DNA of 64,000 nt from the NCBI GenBank assembly GCA_963829655.1, contig CAWHJG010000002.1, positions 4,290,523 to 4,354,522 of the forward strand, written 5' to 3'. Below the pieces are notes generated by a model. That model made no database searches. It was not told the DNA's origin and saw nothing but the letters and a program-made list of their open reading frames with translations. A program made the position numbers and the translations under genes. Below are positions 32,686-42,645 of this stretch, in pieces. Origin of the DNA: Pirellulales bacterium (GTDB lineage Bacteria; Planctomycetota; Planctomycetia; Pirellulales; JALHPA01). Every line of letters begins with the position of its first letter. Positions within the stretch are counted from its first letter, which is position 1.

Positions 32686-33856
32686 GCGAAGTCTCTTTGC
32701 CAAACCGTCCGAAGCGCCAAAGGCAGACCACTCCGAACACAAGTCCCAATAACAGCATCGTCGGGGGCTCTGGAATTGGTGTCAGAAGAAATGCGCGCTG
32801 CTCCCCGTTGAATAAGCCACCGCCGGCGATCTGACCAAGGTCGTTAATTGCAGTGGCTTGCAGCAATATCCATCCCGCGCCAGACGAATCCAGCAGGTCA
32901 TTCAGGTCGTACATGCGATCAAAGTAAACGAATGCATGACCCTGTCCTGGTACCGCAAGGAGGCTTCCTCCCACTACAACGCCCGCTTCGTTCACCGCAA
33001 ATGCATTGCTGGACTGGCCCCCGAGTGTCCCCAGATCATCAGTGGCAGGGTTGATGTCAGCCCGCGGCGCAGTTCGGAAGGCGTGTGTTGCAGTGTCGCC
33101 GGTGATAGCCGAATGCCCGACCACTTGTCCTGCATCGTTTATATCTGTTGCTGATGTCGCGGTACCGCCCAGGCTTCCAATGTCATCGTTGATAAGATTG
33201 ATTGGGCTTCTCGGGGCGGTGCGAAACGCAATCAGTCGAGGACTAACAAACGCCTGGCCAACGACTTCACCAGAATTATTGATCCCACTTGGCTCTGTTT
33301 GTGGTGGCCCCAGGTTGCACCCGGGAGTGATTGGTTGGTGCGGTCCCGTTCGGAAACCGTAGCGGACGAAATTGCTATCTTGGGATGAACCGACCACTTC
33401 TCCTAACTCGTTAATGTCGGCACCACCGCTGACGTCTCCAAATGAGCCTAGGTCATCCGTTGCTGGATTCACAGGAGCGTTTGGCGTGGTTCTATAAGCG
33501 TGAGCGGGGATCGTTCTCAGAACACCAGTGGCTTCACCAAGGTCGTTAACAGCAGTGGCCCGCCTGGATGCCGCGCGAAGGTCGTCGGTGAGGGGGTTGA
33601 TTGGTGAGTTGGGCGCGGTACGAAAGCCTCGTTCGTTGAACGGATCAGTGCCGCTATACCCGACAACCTGACCAAGATTGTTTAAGCCGAGGGCCCAGCT
33701 CGCCGGATGCCCCAACGTTCCCAAGTTCAAGACGCTGTAGGTAGGTGGCTGAGCCGACACGCTTGCAACGAGCAGGGGGAGCACAAAGAAAAGTGCCAAC
33801 ACACTTTGACGTGCAATCGGTCCATTCGACGGTGCAATTTCGTTGTGGAAGGGCAT
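32489..33856 (-). CDS. HAF-repeat PEP-CTERM protein (tail reads through into unrelated sequence)
   Basis: Signal peptide, LGTLG..A.GLNNLGQVVG repeats, IPEPPTMLLLGLVFGVVCLWRFGR. Confidence 0.85.
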   Translation of the reverse strand: MPFHNEIAPSNGPIARQSVLALFFVLPLLVASVSAQPPTYSVLNLGTLGHPASWALGLNNLGQVVGYSGTDPFNERGFRTAPNSPINPLTDDLRAASRRATAVNDLGEATGVLRTIPAHAYRTTPNAPVNPATDDLGSFGDVSGGADINELGEVVGSSQDSNFVRYGFRTGPHQPITPGCNLGPPQTEPSGINNSGEVVGQAFVSPRLIAFRTAPRSPINLINDDIGSLGGTATSATDINDAGQVVGHSAITGDTATHAFRTAPRADINPATDDLGTLGGQSSNAFAVNEAGVVVGGSLLAVPGQGHAFVYFDRMYDLNDLLDSSGAGWILLQATAINDLGQIAGGGLFNGEQRAFLLTPIPEPPTMLLLGLVFGVVCLWRFGRFGKETSHALPFHRPLHRLRPAQHPRTVRAVRERAVAARARHEGGSDRDCLGPVQADGKALATIELRAERIS

Positions 33857-33951
33857 GGTTCACTCGATGTTGCAGACTGCAAACCGATTGACGTGTATCG
33901 CATTAGGATTGATCCGACGGCGAAAATCAAGAAAGCGAATAAACTGCCCCT

Positions 33952-34257
33952 CTATCGGAGCCTGCGCACCAGCGCCGCAGCTTCACGGTCTGAAGTCTTT
34001 GGATTCTGCCAGCGAATCGCCGCGACCGTTGGCAAAACACGCTCGGCAACTTTGCCTTCGATGGTTAGGTAGCCCATCGCTTCCAGCTTGCCAAGCATGG
34101 GCCGCAAGCGGCCCACAGTCGTACCAAGCTCCTCTGCGAGCGCGTCCACGTCGCCAATGTCGGCGTGAGTGCCGAATGCAACCGCATTGAGAATGGTCGA
34201 AAGAATCTCGCGGCCACGAGGCGTGAGCGGAGGCAGGGACTTGGGTTTGCGTGGCAT
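33952..34257 (-). CDS. Winged-helix-like DNA-binding protein
   Basis: LTPRGREILSTI..ALAEELGTTVGRLRPMLGKLEAMGYL. Confidence 0.65.
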   Translation of the reverse strand: MPRKPKSLPPLTPRGREILSTILNAVAFGTHADIGDVDALAEELGTTVGRLRPMLGKLEAMGYLTIEGKVAERVLPTVAAIRWQNPKTSDREAAALVRRLR

Positions 34258-34289
34258 GGGTCGACGAGGCAGTAGTCGAGCTCCGCACT

Positions 34290-36035
34290 TTATCGCCGCG
34301 CCCGCGTAAACAAAACTGCAAGACCGCAAACTATCGCCAATGACCATGCGGCTGGCTCTGGCACGGCCAACACTTCGTCGTCTCCGCTCAAGGGCGCGCC
34401 CTGGAAGAAGAACGCCTGATCGACGACCGTGTAATCGTCGAAGTTGATGAGCCCATCGAAGTTGATGTCGCCTGTGGCCCAGCCGAGATTCGGGATCAAG
34501 CCAAAAAATGCGTTGTCCATGCCGACGTAATCATCGAAGCTCACCAAGCCGTCGAGATTGCCATCGCCGATATAAGTGTACTTCACCAAGATGTCGTCTG
34601 GCGTAACCGGCCGGCCGCTGAACGTTGTGTACGACTCACCCGGCAAGCCGGTAATGATGTCGATGTCCGAGTTGCGGATCACGCCAAGGCCGGTGAGATC
34701 GAAGCCGGCGGCGAGGTTCGATGTGCGAGCAAATGAGCTGGTGATGCCCGGGCCGTCCCAATTGGTGATGAAGTTGGCGTCGAGACCGTTTTGCGCGGAG
34801 ACGATGTCTGCTTGGGCGGCGGCGTGAATGGCGTCTTTGGTGGCGGCCGTGGCGTGGACAACTAGGTCGTTGTTGTTCAAATCGAGTTTGGTATTTCCGC
34901 CGACGCTCAGCGAGTTGAGTTCGGACGTCCCCAGACTGCTGCCTTCGGGAGTTATCACAACTGCGCCGCCGTTGACGGACAACGAGGCGGCGCGAACGCG
35001 AGGCACGATGACCGTGCCCGATCCGGCTTTGGTGACCGATTGGCCACTAACGTTGAATCCGCCACCGATGGTCAAGGGCTGCGTGCTGTCCTGAGTGATG
35101 ACCAAGCTGTCGGCAGCGATGAGGGGGGAGTTGATAGTGTGAGCGCCGTTGCCGTTGGTGTTTAGTACGGTGATTGCGGCGTTGCCAGCGCCAGGGACTC
35201 TGAGCGTGATGCCTGCGCCGCCAGCGAGTGTGTAGTTGTTATTGTCGTTGAAATTGAGCGTGCCCATGGTGACGCGGTTGGCGACGGTTACGGTGCGGTT
35301 GGCGGTGATGACGTTGCCGAAGGAGGCGGTATCGCCCTCGCCGGCAGGCGCGACGCCGCCGGTCCAGTTAGCGCCAACCGAGAAGATACCGTCGGCGTCG
35401 ATATTCCAGGTCTTTTCCGGGAGGTTTACTGCGAAAGAGGCGAAGGATGCCACCACGCCGGATAGCTCAAATAGTGGAGCCGGTGGTGATCCCCATTGCG
35501 AGATTGACCACCTATTCGTTGACCACGGATTGAGAGAAAAGGCCTGCTCAGGTAGATCCGTGTTATTAAAGTTAGTACTTGGTCCATCGAGTTGCCATTG
35601 AAAGAGCCAATACTCGGCTCGGTTAGCGTTCGGCTCGTCTGGCGTGAGTAAGTCGATGCGAGAATGGCCGACTTCGTAGCTATCGTGAGTGCCACTAGGC
35701 CCAGTGAGATCATTGCCCACGACAATGAATGTCGGTGACTGATTCGCACCTGACCACTCCCAGCTACCAACTTTGAGCGAAACGACGCTCGGTGGAAGGT
35801 TTGTATGGTAAGTTCCAAACGACGTAGAGTCGCTAGTATCAACCGCGTCCGTGTCGAAGATGAAGGTGCCGGTGAATGGACTACCTATGGCCGGCGCATT
35901 CACAGGAGCGGGCTCAAGTCCTGAAACGCCAGCAAGAGTACCAGCAATCTCGAACTGAACCAACTCAGCCGTCGCACACTTCGGTACGTACCCGACTGCG
36001 CTTGCCAGCGCAACAAGGAAGATAGTTGAACGCAT
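34290..36035 (-). CDS. PEP-CTERM protein with beta-strand repeats and dockerin/EF-hand-like domain
   Basis: Signal peptide, VTKAGSGTV, YTYIGDGNLDGLVSFDDY..GDINFDGLINFDDY, VPEPAAWSLAIVCGLAVLFTRARR; SD AAGGAGGA. Confidence 0.9.
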   Translation of the reverse strand: MRSTIFLVALASAVGYVPKCATAELVQFEIAGTLAGVSGLEPAPVNAPAIGSPFTGTFIFDTDAVDTSDSTSFGTYHTNLPPSVVSLKVGSWEWSGANQSPTFIVVGNDLTGPSGTHDSYEVGHSRIDLLTPDEPNANRAEYWLFQWQLDGPSTNFNNTDLPEQAFSLNPWSTNRWSISQWGSPPAPLFELSGVVASFASFAVNLPEKTWNIDADGIFSVGANWTGGVAPAGEGDTASFGNVITANRTVTVANRVTMGTLNFNDNNNYTLAGGAGITLRVPGAGNAAITVLNTNGNGAHTINSPLIAADSLVITQDSTQPLTIGGGFNVSGQSVTKAGSGTVIVPRVRAASLSVNGGAVVITPEGSSLGTSELNSLSVGGNTKLDLNNNDLVVHATAATKDAIHAAAQADIVSAQNGLDANFITNWDGPGITSSFARTSNLAAGFDLTGLGVIRNSDIDIITGLPGESYTTFSGRPVTPDDILVKYTYIGDGNLDGLVSFDDYVGMDNAFFGLIPNLGWATGDINFDGLINFDDYTVVDQAFFFQGAPLSGDDEVLAVPEPAAWSLAIVCGLAVLFTRARR

Positions 36036-36210
36036 GGTAGACGCTCCTCCTTAGCTGGTTCGACTGTCAGGCATAGGACGAGTGTCCGCTCATCATAGGC
36101 CCCCTCAAATCGGAAAACAATCAAGTGCCATAGGATTGCGCCTGTCGCCATGCCGAGGCGTCGGTCGAGCGCGATTACCTTGGAGGGAGAGGGCGGGAGA
36201 GGACTGTGTT

Positions 36211-36512
36211 AAAACAACGCGGGCCGCCGTCGTCAAAGAAAAGCGGCCCGCGCTTGGGTTTCCCCGCGTGGCCTTCGATCAGGGTCGGTGGCCACGGTCA
36301 GCGATCAGTTTTCGGCGAGATCACTGACGGGTTCAATGTACTGGACGGCGAGCGCATTAAAAAACCCGCCGTCCGAGTCGGCGAGACAGAACGGGCGGGT
36401 GCAGTGCCTTACCGGGAGGAGAGGCACTGGCCGACAACGCGAGTGTAGCGGCGTGGGAGCGGATTGGAAAAACAAATACCCCGCTCGGCTCGAGCAGGGA
36501 GACCGAGCGGGG
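36211..36512 (-). other. Run of stem-loops (structured leader, ncRNA or terminators)
   Basis: Six to seven consecutive inverted repeats, three followed by T-rich tracts on the minus strand. Confidence 0.55.
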
Positions 36513-36591
36513 CGAATACCGTCGTTCTCACATGGAGATCAGCAGTGAGGGTAGCGCAATCAGAGCCGCAGAAGGAAACTACAAGGAGAGT

Positions 36592-37014
36592 TCATTTTCC
36601 CCGTTCGGTGATGTAGTCGGCCATCCTGACTGCATAGTAGGACTCCCGTCGCCCTTCCTCTACCACCAAATCCAGACTGGCCTTTTCCGCAAGTTCGGGT
36701 GCAATTTGAGCTGACACGTGAACTCCTTCGCCCTTCTTGCTCATTTGGAGCGGGGCGCGGACAAGAAAGTTCTTCCCATTCTCCGCGGTAATGCTCAGCC
36801 GCACGATTCGCAGGTCTTCGAGCTTGCCGCGCTTCGGGATTGTCATACTGACGATAACAGCATCTGGCTCACGAATCGCGGAAAGTTCGTAGTCCAGGCC
36901 GATCTCCTTCTGGTTCGCTTTTGTGACGACCTTTCCCAAGCTGCTGGCGACGATGACATGCGCAGAGGACATCAAAACGGCGGCTATTGCGATCGGGAAG
37001 ACGACGCGTCGCAT
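36592..37014 (-). CDS. Secreted hypothetical protein
   Basis: SD AAAGGA, signal MRRVVFPIAIAAVLMSSAHV. Confidence 0.7.
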   Translation of the reverse strand: MRRVVFPIAIAAVLMSSAHVIVASSLGKVVTKANQKEIGLDYELSAIREPDAVIVSMTIPKRGKLEDLRIVRLSITAENGKNFLVRAPLQMSKKGEGVHVSAQIAPELAEKASLDLVVEEGRRESYYAVRMADYITERGK

Positions 37015-37127
37015 ATTGGGTCCTTTCATCTGAGGGCGGCCAATCGGACTTTTAGACGCCAGGGATGTGCGAAGAGTTCCCCACGGGCCCGCCGAAGCTT
37101 GTATTGCTCGGCGGTGTGTCGACGGGT

Positions 37128-37530
37128 CTAGAGGGCCGGCTCGATGGCCTTGCCGACTTGCGAAAGGCGTATTACTGCGCGTGCGCGACAGCACCTCCAC
37201 GGACAGGCGAAGAAGAATGAGACCGCGAACAGACCAAGCAACGCAGCAGATGGCTCGGGGATATCCAGACGGCCCTCCAAGATTTCGGTGATCGTGAAAT
37301 CGCCGTTGATTTCAACGTGATAGCTGCCAAGACCAAAAGGCAGCGGCTGGCCGGAGACGCTGAAGTTAGACTTCAGACCTTCAAAACGATCCCAATCGGT
37401 TGCCGTTTCCGGCAGTACCGCCAGAACGTAATCGCCGACGACTGGCACTCCCTGAATCTGAAGCACCGTGTCTGAAACGCGGTTTGCTGCAAGGCCCGAA
37501 ACGTCCAGGCTCCCTTATGGGCCTTGACGA
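37128..37530 (-). pseudogene. C-terminal fragment of a PEP-CTERM protein
   Basis: EILEGRLDIPEPSAALLGLFAVSFFFACPWRCCR; no N-terminus. Confidence 0.6.
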
Positions 37531-37534
37531 TAAA

Positions 37535-37947
37535 AGCCAGTCCGTCGGTGGCATCCGGCGCCATGATCTCAACCAGCTCGTCCTTCGAGAAGCCGAGCAG
37601 TTCGAGGTCGTAGTCCATCTCCTGGAGGCCGGTCAGCTCCATCGCAAGCAGTTCATAGTCCCAATCGCTCAACTCAGCCGTTTTGTTATCCGCGAGCCGA
37701 TATGCCGTGATCTGCTCGGGCCTCAGCCCCTTGGCTACATGTACGGGGACTTCAGCCAAGCCGAGCCTGTCAGCGCCTTCAGCCGTGTATGGCCGACGAT
37801 CACCACGCCGTCCTCGTCCACGACGATCGGCTGGCGGAAGCCGAACTCCGAAAGTGAACGAGCAACCGATTCCACGGCTGAGTCGTTCACGCGAGGGTTG
37901 CCGGGATACGGCTTGACGTCATCAGGCTTCCGCAATTCGATCTTCAT
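37535..37947 (-). pseudogene. ParB/Srx-domain protein (phage-type ParB-methyltransferase N-terminus), frameshifted and truncated
   Basis: PYPGNPRVN..SLSEFGFRQPIVVD..IVGHTRLKA..AYRLADNKTAELSDWD. Confidence 0.8.
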
Positions 37948-38138
37948 TGGAGCACCTACACGTGAGGACCGTGCTGGTTGCTCCGAGTCACGGAGTGCGG
38001 CCCCGGAAAGACCAGGACGGCGGGCAGGCTGACCAGAGACTCAACTGCCGCTATGAGCGATTGTAATGATTTGGTTACAATCGTGCGCTAGACGCGGCGG
38101 TCGATGTAATCGATTCATTTGGCGGTTCCAATTCGACG

Positions 38139-38948
38139 CTACGCGCGCCCGGCTCGTCGTGTCGCTTTTTTCGCCTTCTCGGTCAAGGTGATCCAGGTAG
38201 GGGCATGATCGCTGGCTTTTTCCCAGCCGCGCACTTCTCTGTCAACGTCGCCCGCGATAACCATCTCGGCGGCTTCACTGTTCAGCAAGAAATGGTCGAT
38301 GCGTATGCCTGCATTGCGCGCGTAAGCGTTGCGAAAATAGTCCCAGAAAGTATAGACCGCCTCGTTCGGGTGCAGACTCCTGATGGCATCAATCCAGCCT
38401 TGGGAAAGGAGCTTTTGATAAGCGGCGCGCGACTCTGGAAAAAACAGTGCATCATCTACCCAGCGCTCCGGCTTGTATGCATCCAGCTCGGTGGGGATGA
38501 CGTTATAATCGCCGGCGAGAATGACGGGCCGGTCAGAAGTGATTAGCCCTTTTGCATACTCAATCAGGCGATCGAACCATTTGAGCTTATAATCGAATTT
38601 CGGGCCTGTGCACGGATTACCGTTCGGAAGATAAAGACAACCGATCAAGATGTTGCCAATGATCGTCTCGATATAGCGGCTGTGACTATCATCTGGGTCG
38701 CCTGGCAACCCTCGCCGCGTCTCTTCCGGTTGGCGGCCGCGAGCCAGTATCGCAACGCCGTTCCAACTCTTCTGCCCGTGCCAAATCGCCCTGTAGCCCG
38801 CTTTTTGAATCGCGGCAGCCGGAAACTTTTCATCTGGCGCTTTCAGCTCCTGCAGGCAAACGACATCTGGCTCTGATTGCTCCAGCCAGCGAAGCAGAAC
38901 CGGCAGGCGGCCATTGATGCCATTGACGTTGTAAGTTGCGAGTTTCAT
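38139..38948 (-). CDS. xth: Exodeoxyribonuclease III
   Basis: ATYNVNG, CLQELK, YLPNG, AGDYNV, RIDHFL, SDHAP. Confidence 0.92.
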   Translation of the reverse strand: MKLATYNVNGINGRLPVLLRWLEQSEPDVVCLQELKAPDEKFPAAAIQKAGYRAIWHGQKSWNGVAILARGRQPEETRRGLPGDPDDSHSRYIETIIGNILIGCLYLPNGNPCTGPKFDYKLKWFDRLIEYAKGLITSDRPVILAGDYNVIPTELDAYKPERWVDDALFFPESRAAYQKLLSQGWIDAIRSLHPNEAVYTFWDYFRNAYARNAGIRIDHFLLNSEAAEMVIAGDVDREVRGWEKASDHAPTWITLTEKAKKATRRAGRA

Positions 38949-38985
38949 GGCATTGTCGGTGACCACGATTCGACCACGAGGGCCA

Positions 38986-39642
38986 TCACGATCGCGGTCG
39001 GCATTGCTTTGAAGCGGCGCCTTGCAATGCCTTCAGATCGTGCTTATCGAGTCCGTGGGGACAAAAATCAATCCCGACGGGGTTCACGTTCAGAAGTTTC
39101 GCAAGGAACACGCACGCGGCAAGATACGAGCCGGCTAATGTGGGATGGCTTTGGTCACGATCGTACAACGGAGGTCGGTCGTGCTTTGCAAGGAACTTCT
39201 CCCACACGGAGCCAACGGGCACGACAATGGCGCCGATTTTCTTTCCCACCGAGTTATACGTGTCAGTGATCGCCTTTTGCGACTCGGGTGCGTTTTGCCT
39301 TGCCCAGGTCATGTAGAGGACGGGCTTGGAGCCGGATTGTTTGATAGCCTCGTCAAAAAGCAGCACGTTTTCTGCCATTCGCTGGGCATTCTTCACTGGC
39401 AGCGTGCTTTGCTCTTGCAGTACGACGTAGTCGTAGCCACCGGCCGCGATTGCCTGGGCGGCCCTGCCGGCATTCCAGTGCATTCGCAGAGATGCCCCGC
39501 CCGCGCTGATGAGTTTGTGCTGAATGCGCACGTCCCGCTCAATGGCCATTCCGGCCAGCAGTCCCGGCAGGTCGTTGCGCTGCGTAAAGCTATTGCCAAT
39601 GAATAAAATGTCGATCGCTGAAATGTGCTTCGGCTTGGTCAT
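38986..39642 (-). CDS. SGNH/GDSL-like hydrolase
   Basis: ILFIGNSFT, YVVLQEQS, LYMTWAR, DQSHPTLAGSYLAA; SD AAAGGA. Confidence 0.8.
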   Translation of the reverse strand: MTKPKHISAIDILFIGNSFTQRNDLPGLLAGMAIERDVRIQHKLISAGGASLRMHWNAGRAAQAIAAGGYDYVVLQEQSTLPVKNAQRMAENVLLFDEAIKQSGSKPVLYMTWARQNAPESQKAITDTYNSVGKKIGAIVVPVGSVWEKFLAKHDRPPLYDRDQSHPTLAGSYLAACVFLAKLLNVNPVGIDFCPHGLDKHDLKALQGAASKQCRPRS

Positions 39643-40475
39643 ACCGGTTCCTTTGGTCGATCGGTTTACCCCAGCAATAACCAGCGAACACCCCCGACGA
39701 TCACCACTGTTAGTGTGACGTCCAGCACGTTGGCAGCACAATTCTGACTCGACGCAGAGTGAAGCGTGGATTGACCGATTTGCGAGGCTCGCCGATTTGT
39801 GCCAGACCGGCGTTCCGAGAAACGGTGGTTTATTGGCACGACTCACGCACCAGGGGTAGTTGGGACGGCAATTTCTTCGTCGTCTCGCGTTTCCCATCGC
39901 GGTCGGTGTGCCGCTACCGACGCGCTGCACCTCCATCCAAGGATGGTGCCCGTCGTATTTTGCGGGGCGAGACCTCCTCGATTTAGGATCTTGTGCTGAA
40001 AGGTGTCCGGGTTCGAGTCCTGGAGCCAAGCGGTGATGATTGTTGAACTTCCAGGGAGCCAACCTTCTAACTACGCACAGCGGCCACTCACGCTTACAGT
40101 GACGTCGCGCGTAAGCTACCCGCTCCTGGACTCCAAACAGTTCGACCAACGACGGCACGAACGCGGTCATCCCTTGGGGCGTTGCTTCGATTTTTGCGTT
40201 GAGCGGAGTGCCCCAATTAATTCGATCAATGGCGACCCAGTTATCCAGACAATGGACGCCAAGGCCCATGCTACGTTTTGGCCCCAGCCCGCAGACCAGG
40301 AGATAACCCACATCATTGCCCCGGCAGCGGCGACAACAATCCCTTGGCCAATGATTGTCCACACGAGGCGGTGACCAGTTTCCGGCTGATTCATTCGAGT
40401 TTGTCTTCGGGCGGCTTCATACCAATCGACCGACGCACCTGATCGGCTAGCTTGGCAACTTTTACTTGTTTCGGT

Positions 40476-40522
40476 CTGATGACTCCTACTCACTGCGCCG
40501 CACTACGCACTTGGAGTAGGAG
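40476..40522 (+). promoter_or_regulatory. 3' half of a fluoride (crcB) riboswitch plus SD-sequestering hairpin
   Basis: CTGATGACTCCTAC matches the aptamer 3' end; CTCCTACTC(40483) pairs with GAGTAGGAG(40514), covering the SD. Confidence 0.65.
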
Positions 40523-40524
40523 CA

Positions 40525-40896
40525 ATGCAACAGATTCTACTTGTCGGCCTTGGCGGCTGTCTCGGCTCCATAGCCCGCTACAAGCTCAGCGGGCTTGTCT
40601 TGCATCATACGGTTGACTGGCGATTCCCGCTGCCTACGTTCCTGGTCAACGTAGCGGGCTGCCTCGTTGCTGGCGTCCTGTCTGGTCTGGTAGAGCGGTA
40701 CGGCTGGTTTTCGCCGAACACGCGCCTACTTCTATTCACCGGCATACTTGGCGGATTCACCACATTTTCGGCGTTTGGTGTCGAAACTGCGTACCTGCTT
40801 AAGCGTGGCGAAGTAGCAGTAGCGTTCGCCTATGTCGGTCTTAGCGTGTTATGCGGGCTTGGGGCGTCGCTGTTGGCGATGAAGGCCGTGCCTTAG
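40525..40896 (+). CDS. crcB: Fluoride efflux channel CrcB/Fluc
   Basis: GGCLGSIARY, FPLPTFLVNVAGC, TGILGGFTTFSAF. Confidence 0.93.
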   Translation: MQQILLVGLGGCLGSIARYKLSGLVLHHTVDWRFPLPTFLVNVAGCLVAGVLSGLVERYGWFSPNTRLLLFTGILGGFTTFSAFGVETAYLLKRGEVAVAFAYVGLSVLCGLGASLLAMKAVP

Positions 40897-41805
40897 ACTG
40901 GCTTCACGGCATACACCTTCACGCTGGCCGCGTAGTCATTGACGTTGTACCGCGCGAGTAGGTCCGTCAACTCGCCGTGTAGGATAGTAGTTGTGCCATT
41001 CGAACAGCACGATACTAGAGGCAGCGTTGCCACCGCGGGCTTGTCGCAGCATGCCGAACCGTCCGCTGGTTGTTCGCAGCACTCGTCTTCCTTCATAGAT
41101 GGCGAGCAACAGCCCGATTGCCCTTCTACGCTCGCATAAGCGTTTAGGTCCGCGCCGCTGTCGATTACCTGGACGGCGGAGAATCCAGCCTCCGCCAGCC
41201 CGGCCTTATAGTCGTCAATTGGAATTGCTCCCGCGATACAGCCGACGTAGGCCATGAGGCTGCTCGCCGACTTCCGGCGGTAGCGGTTGCTTCAGTGCAA
41301 TGTCGCTCACAGCAAGGCGTCCGCCCGGCTTCAGCACGCGGGCTATCTCCCGAAAAACTGCCGGCTTGTCGGACGCCAGATTGATAACACAGTTGCTAAT
41401 CACGCAATCGACCGACGCATCGGGCAGCGGCAGGTTGTCAATCGTCGCTTGGTAGAACTCGACATTGTCGTAGCCAGCGGCATTCTTGCGAGCGAGGGCG
41501 AGCATTTCCGGCGTCATATCAATGCCGATGGCTTTGCCCGTCGGGCCGACTTTAGCCGCAGCTAAAAACACGTCCAAGCCGCCGCCGCTGCCAAGGTCAA
41601 CCACTACTTCGCCCGGCTTTAGGCTGGCGAACGCCGTGGGGTTGCCGCACGACAGACCCATGTTGGCTTCGGCCGGAATGGAGGCTAGTTCATCGCCCGT
41701 GTAGCCGAACACTTCCGCCACGGCTTTGACTCCGGCGTGGTCGCTGGACAGCCCAGCCTTGGCAACGTCGCCGTACTTCGATTGCACCACTTGTTCTACT
41801 GACAT
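40893..41805 (-). CDS. arsM: Arsenite methyltransferase (frameshift ~41255)
   Basis: [36 protein letters not shown], Cys-pair-rich tail. Confidence 0.9.
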
Positions 41806-42165
41806 AGTTCTTTGACCTTCCTTCCGATTAAGTCTCTCACTTCTCGAAACTGATTAGGCGACATTTCACGTGGGTCGGGAATGTCCCAATCCTGGCGGCG
41901 CTTCGCCTTGAGATTCGGGCAGGCGTCACCGCAGCCCATCGTAACGGCAACGTCGAACGTCTCATCGGGCAAATCGTCTAACGACTTGGAATGATGAGCG
42001 GCCAGATCGTAGCCAAGCTCGCTGCATCGCCTCGATCGCCTTGGGATTCACCTTGCCTGAGGGACGCGAACCGGCGCTATAAGCGTCAATGCCGGCCATT
42101 CGGGCAAAGGCTTCTGCCATCTGGCTGCGATTAGAGTTTTCGACGCAGACGAACACGGCTTTCAT
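41802..42165 (-). CDS. arsC: Arsenate reductase, LMW-PTP family (frameshifted)
   Basis: [23 protein letters not shown]; second frame [16 protein letters not shown]. Confidence 0.85.
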
Positions 42166-42203
42166 GGCTTGTCTCCGTTAGACATTTCCAATACTATGAA
42201 ATT

Positions 42204-42521
42204 ATGGAAATAAAACAAGCCGTCATCGCACTGACCGCCTTGGCCCAGGAGTCCCGTTTGCGTGTGTTCAGGCTCCTGGTTGCTGCTGGTCCGGAAGGAA
42301 TGCCAGCGGGCGAGATTGCCGAGCGGTTAGACCTGCCGCCCGCAACGCTCACGTTTCATCTAAAGGAACTAAGCCACGCCGGGCTTGTAGAGTCTCGGCG
42401 GGAAGGCCGATCAATCATTTATTCGCTGCGCTGCGATGGCATCCGTGACTTACTGACGTTTCTTGTCAAAGACTGCTGCAAAGGACAGCCGGATTTGTGC
42501 GGACCAAGGCGTAAGGGCTGA
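42204..42521 (+). CDS. arsR: ArsR/SmtB repressor with C-terminal CC..C site
   Basis: ALAQESRLRVFRLL, TLTFHLKEL, DCCKGQPDLC; leaderless TACTAT-6 nt-ATG. Confidence 0.9.
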   Translation: MEIKQAVIALTALAQESRLRVFRLLVAAGPEGMPAGEIAERLDLPPATLTFHLKELSHAGLVESRREGRSIIYSLRCDGIRDLLTFLVKDCCKGQPDLCGPRRKG

Positions 42522-42645
42522 CTGCGCGCCCTGGAACCTAGAACCGACCGCCACTAGTACGCGCACAGGACGAACCGTCCTGAGCAGTAAGTGCGTATTG
42601 CTTTTGCGCTGAGTGGATCGCGACCGAAGGTTCGAACCACAATCG

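Noticed and set aside
40007-40023. T-arm-like CCGGG-TTCGAGT-CCTGG as a tRNA or the missing tRNA-Phe 3' half
   Set aside because: No D arm or anticodon stem, wrong strand relative to the 5' half, and the following bases cannot pair with GGACAGG.
39643-40493. 458-aa ORF 38986..40362 as a single protein
   Set aside because: Only the last ~218 aa (from ATG 39642 with SD) look like a hydrolase. The upstream part is low-confidence, possibly a decayed membrane-protein gene.
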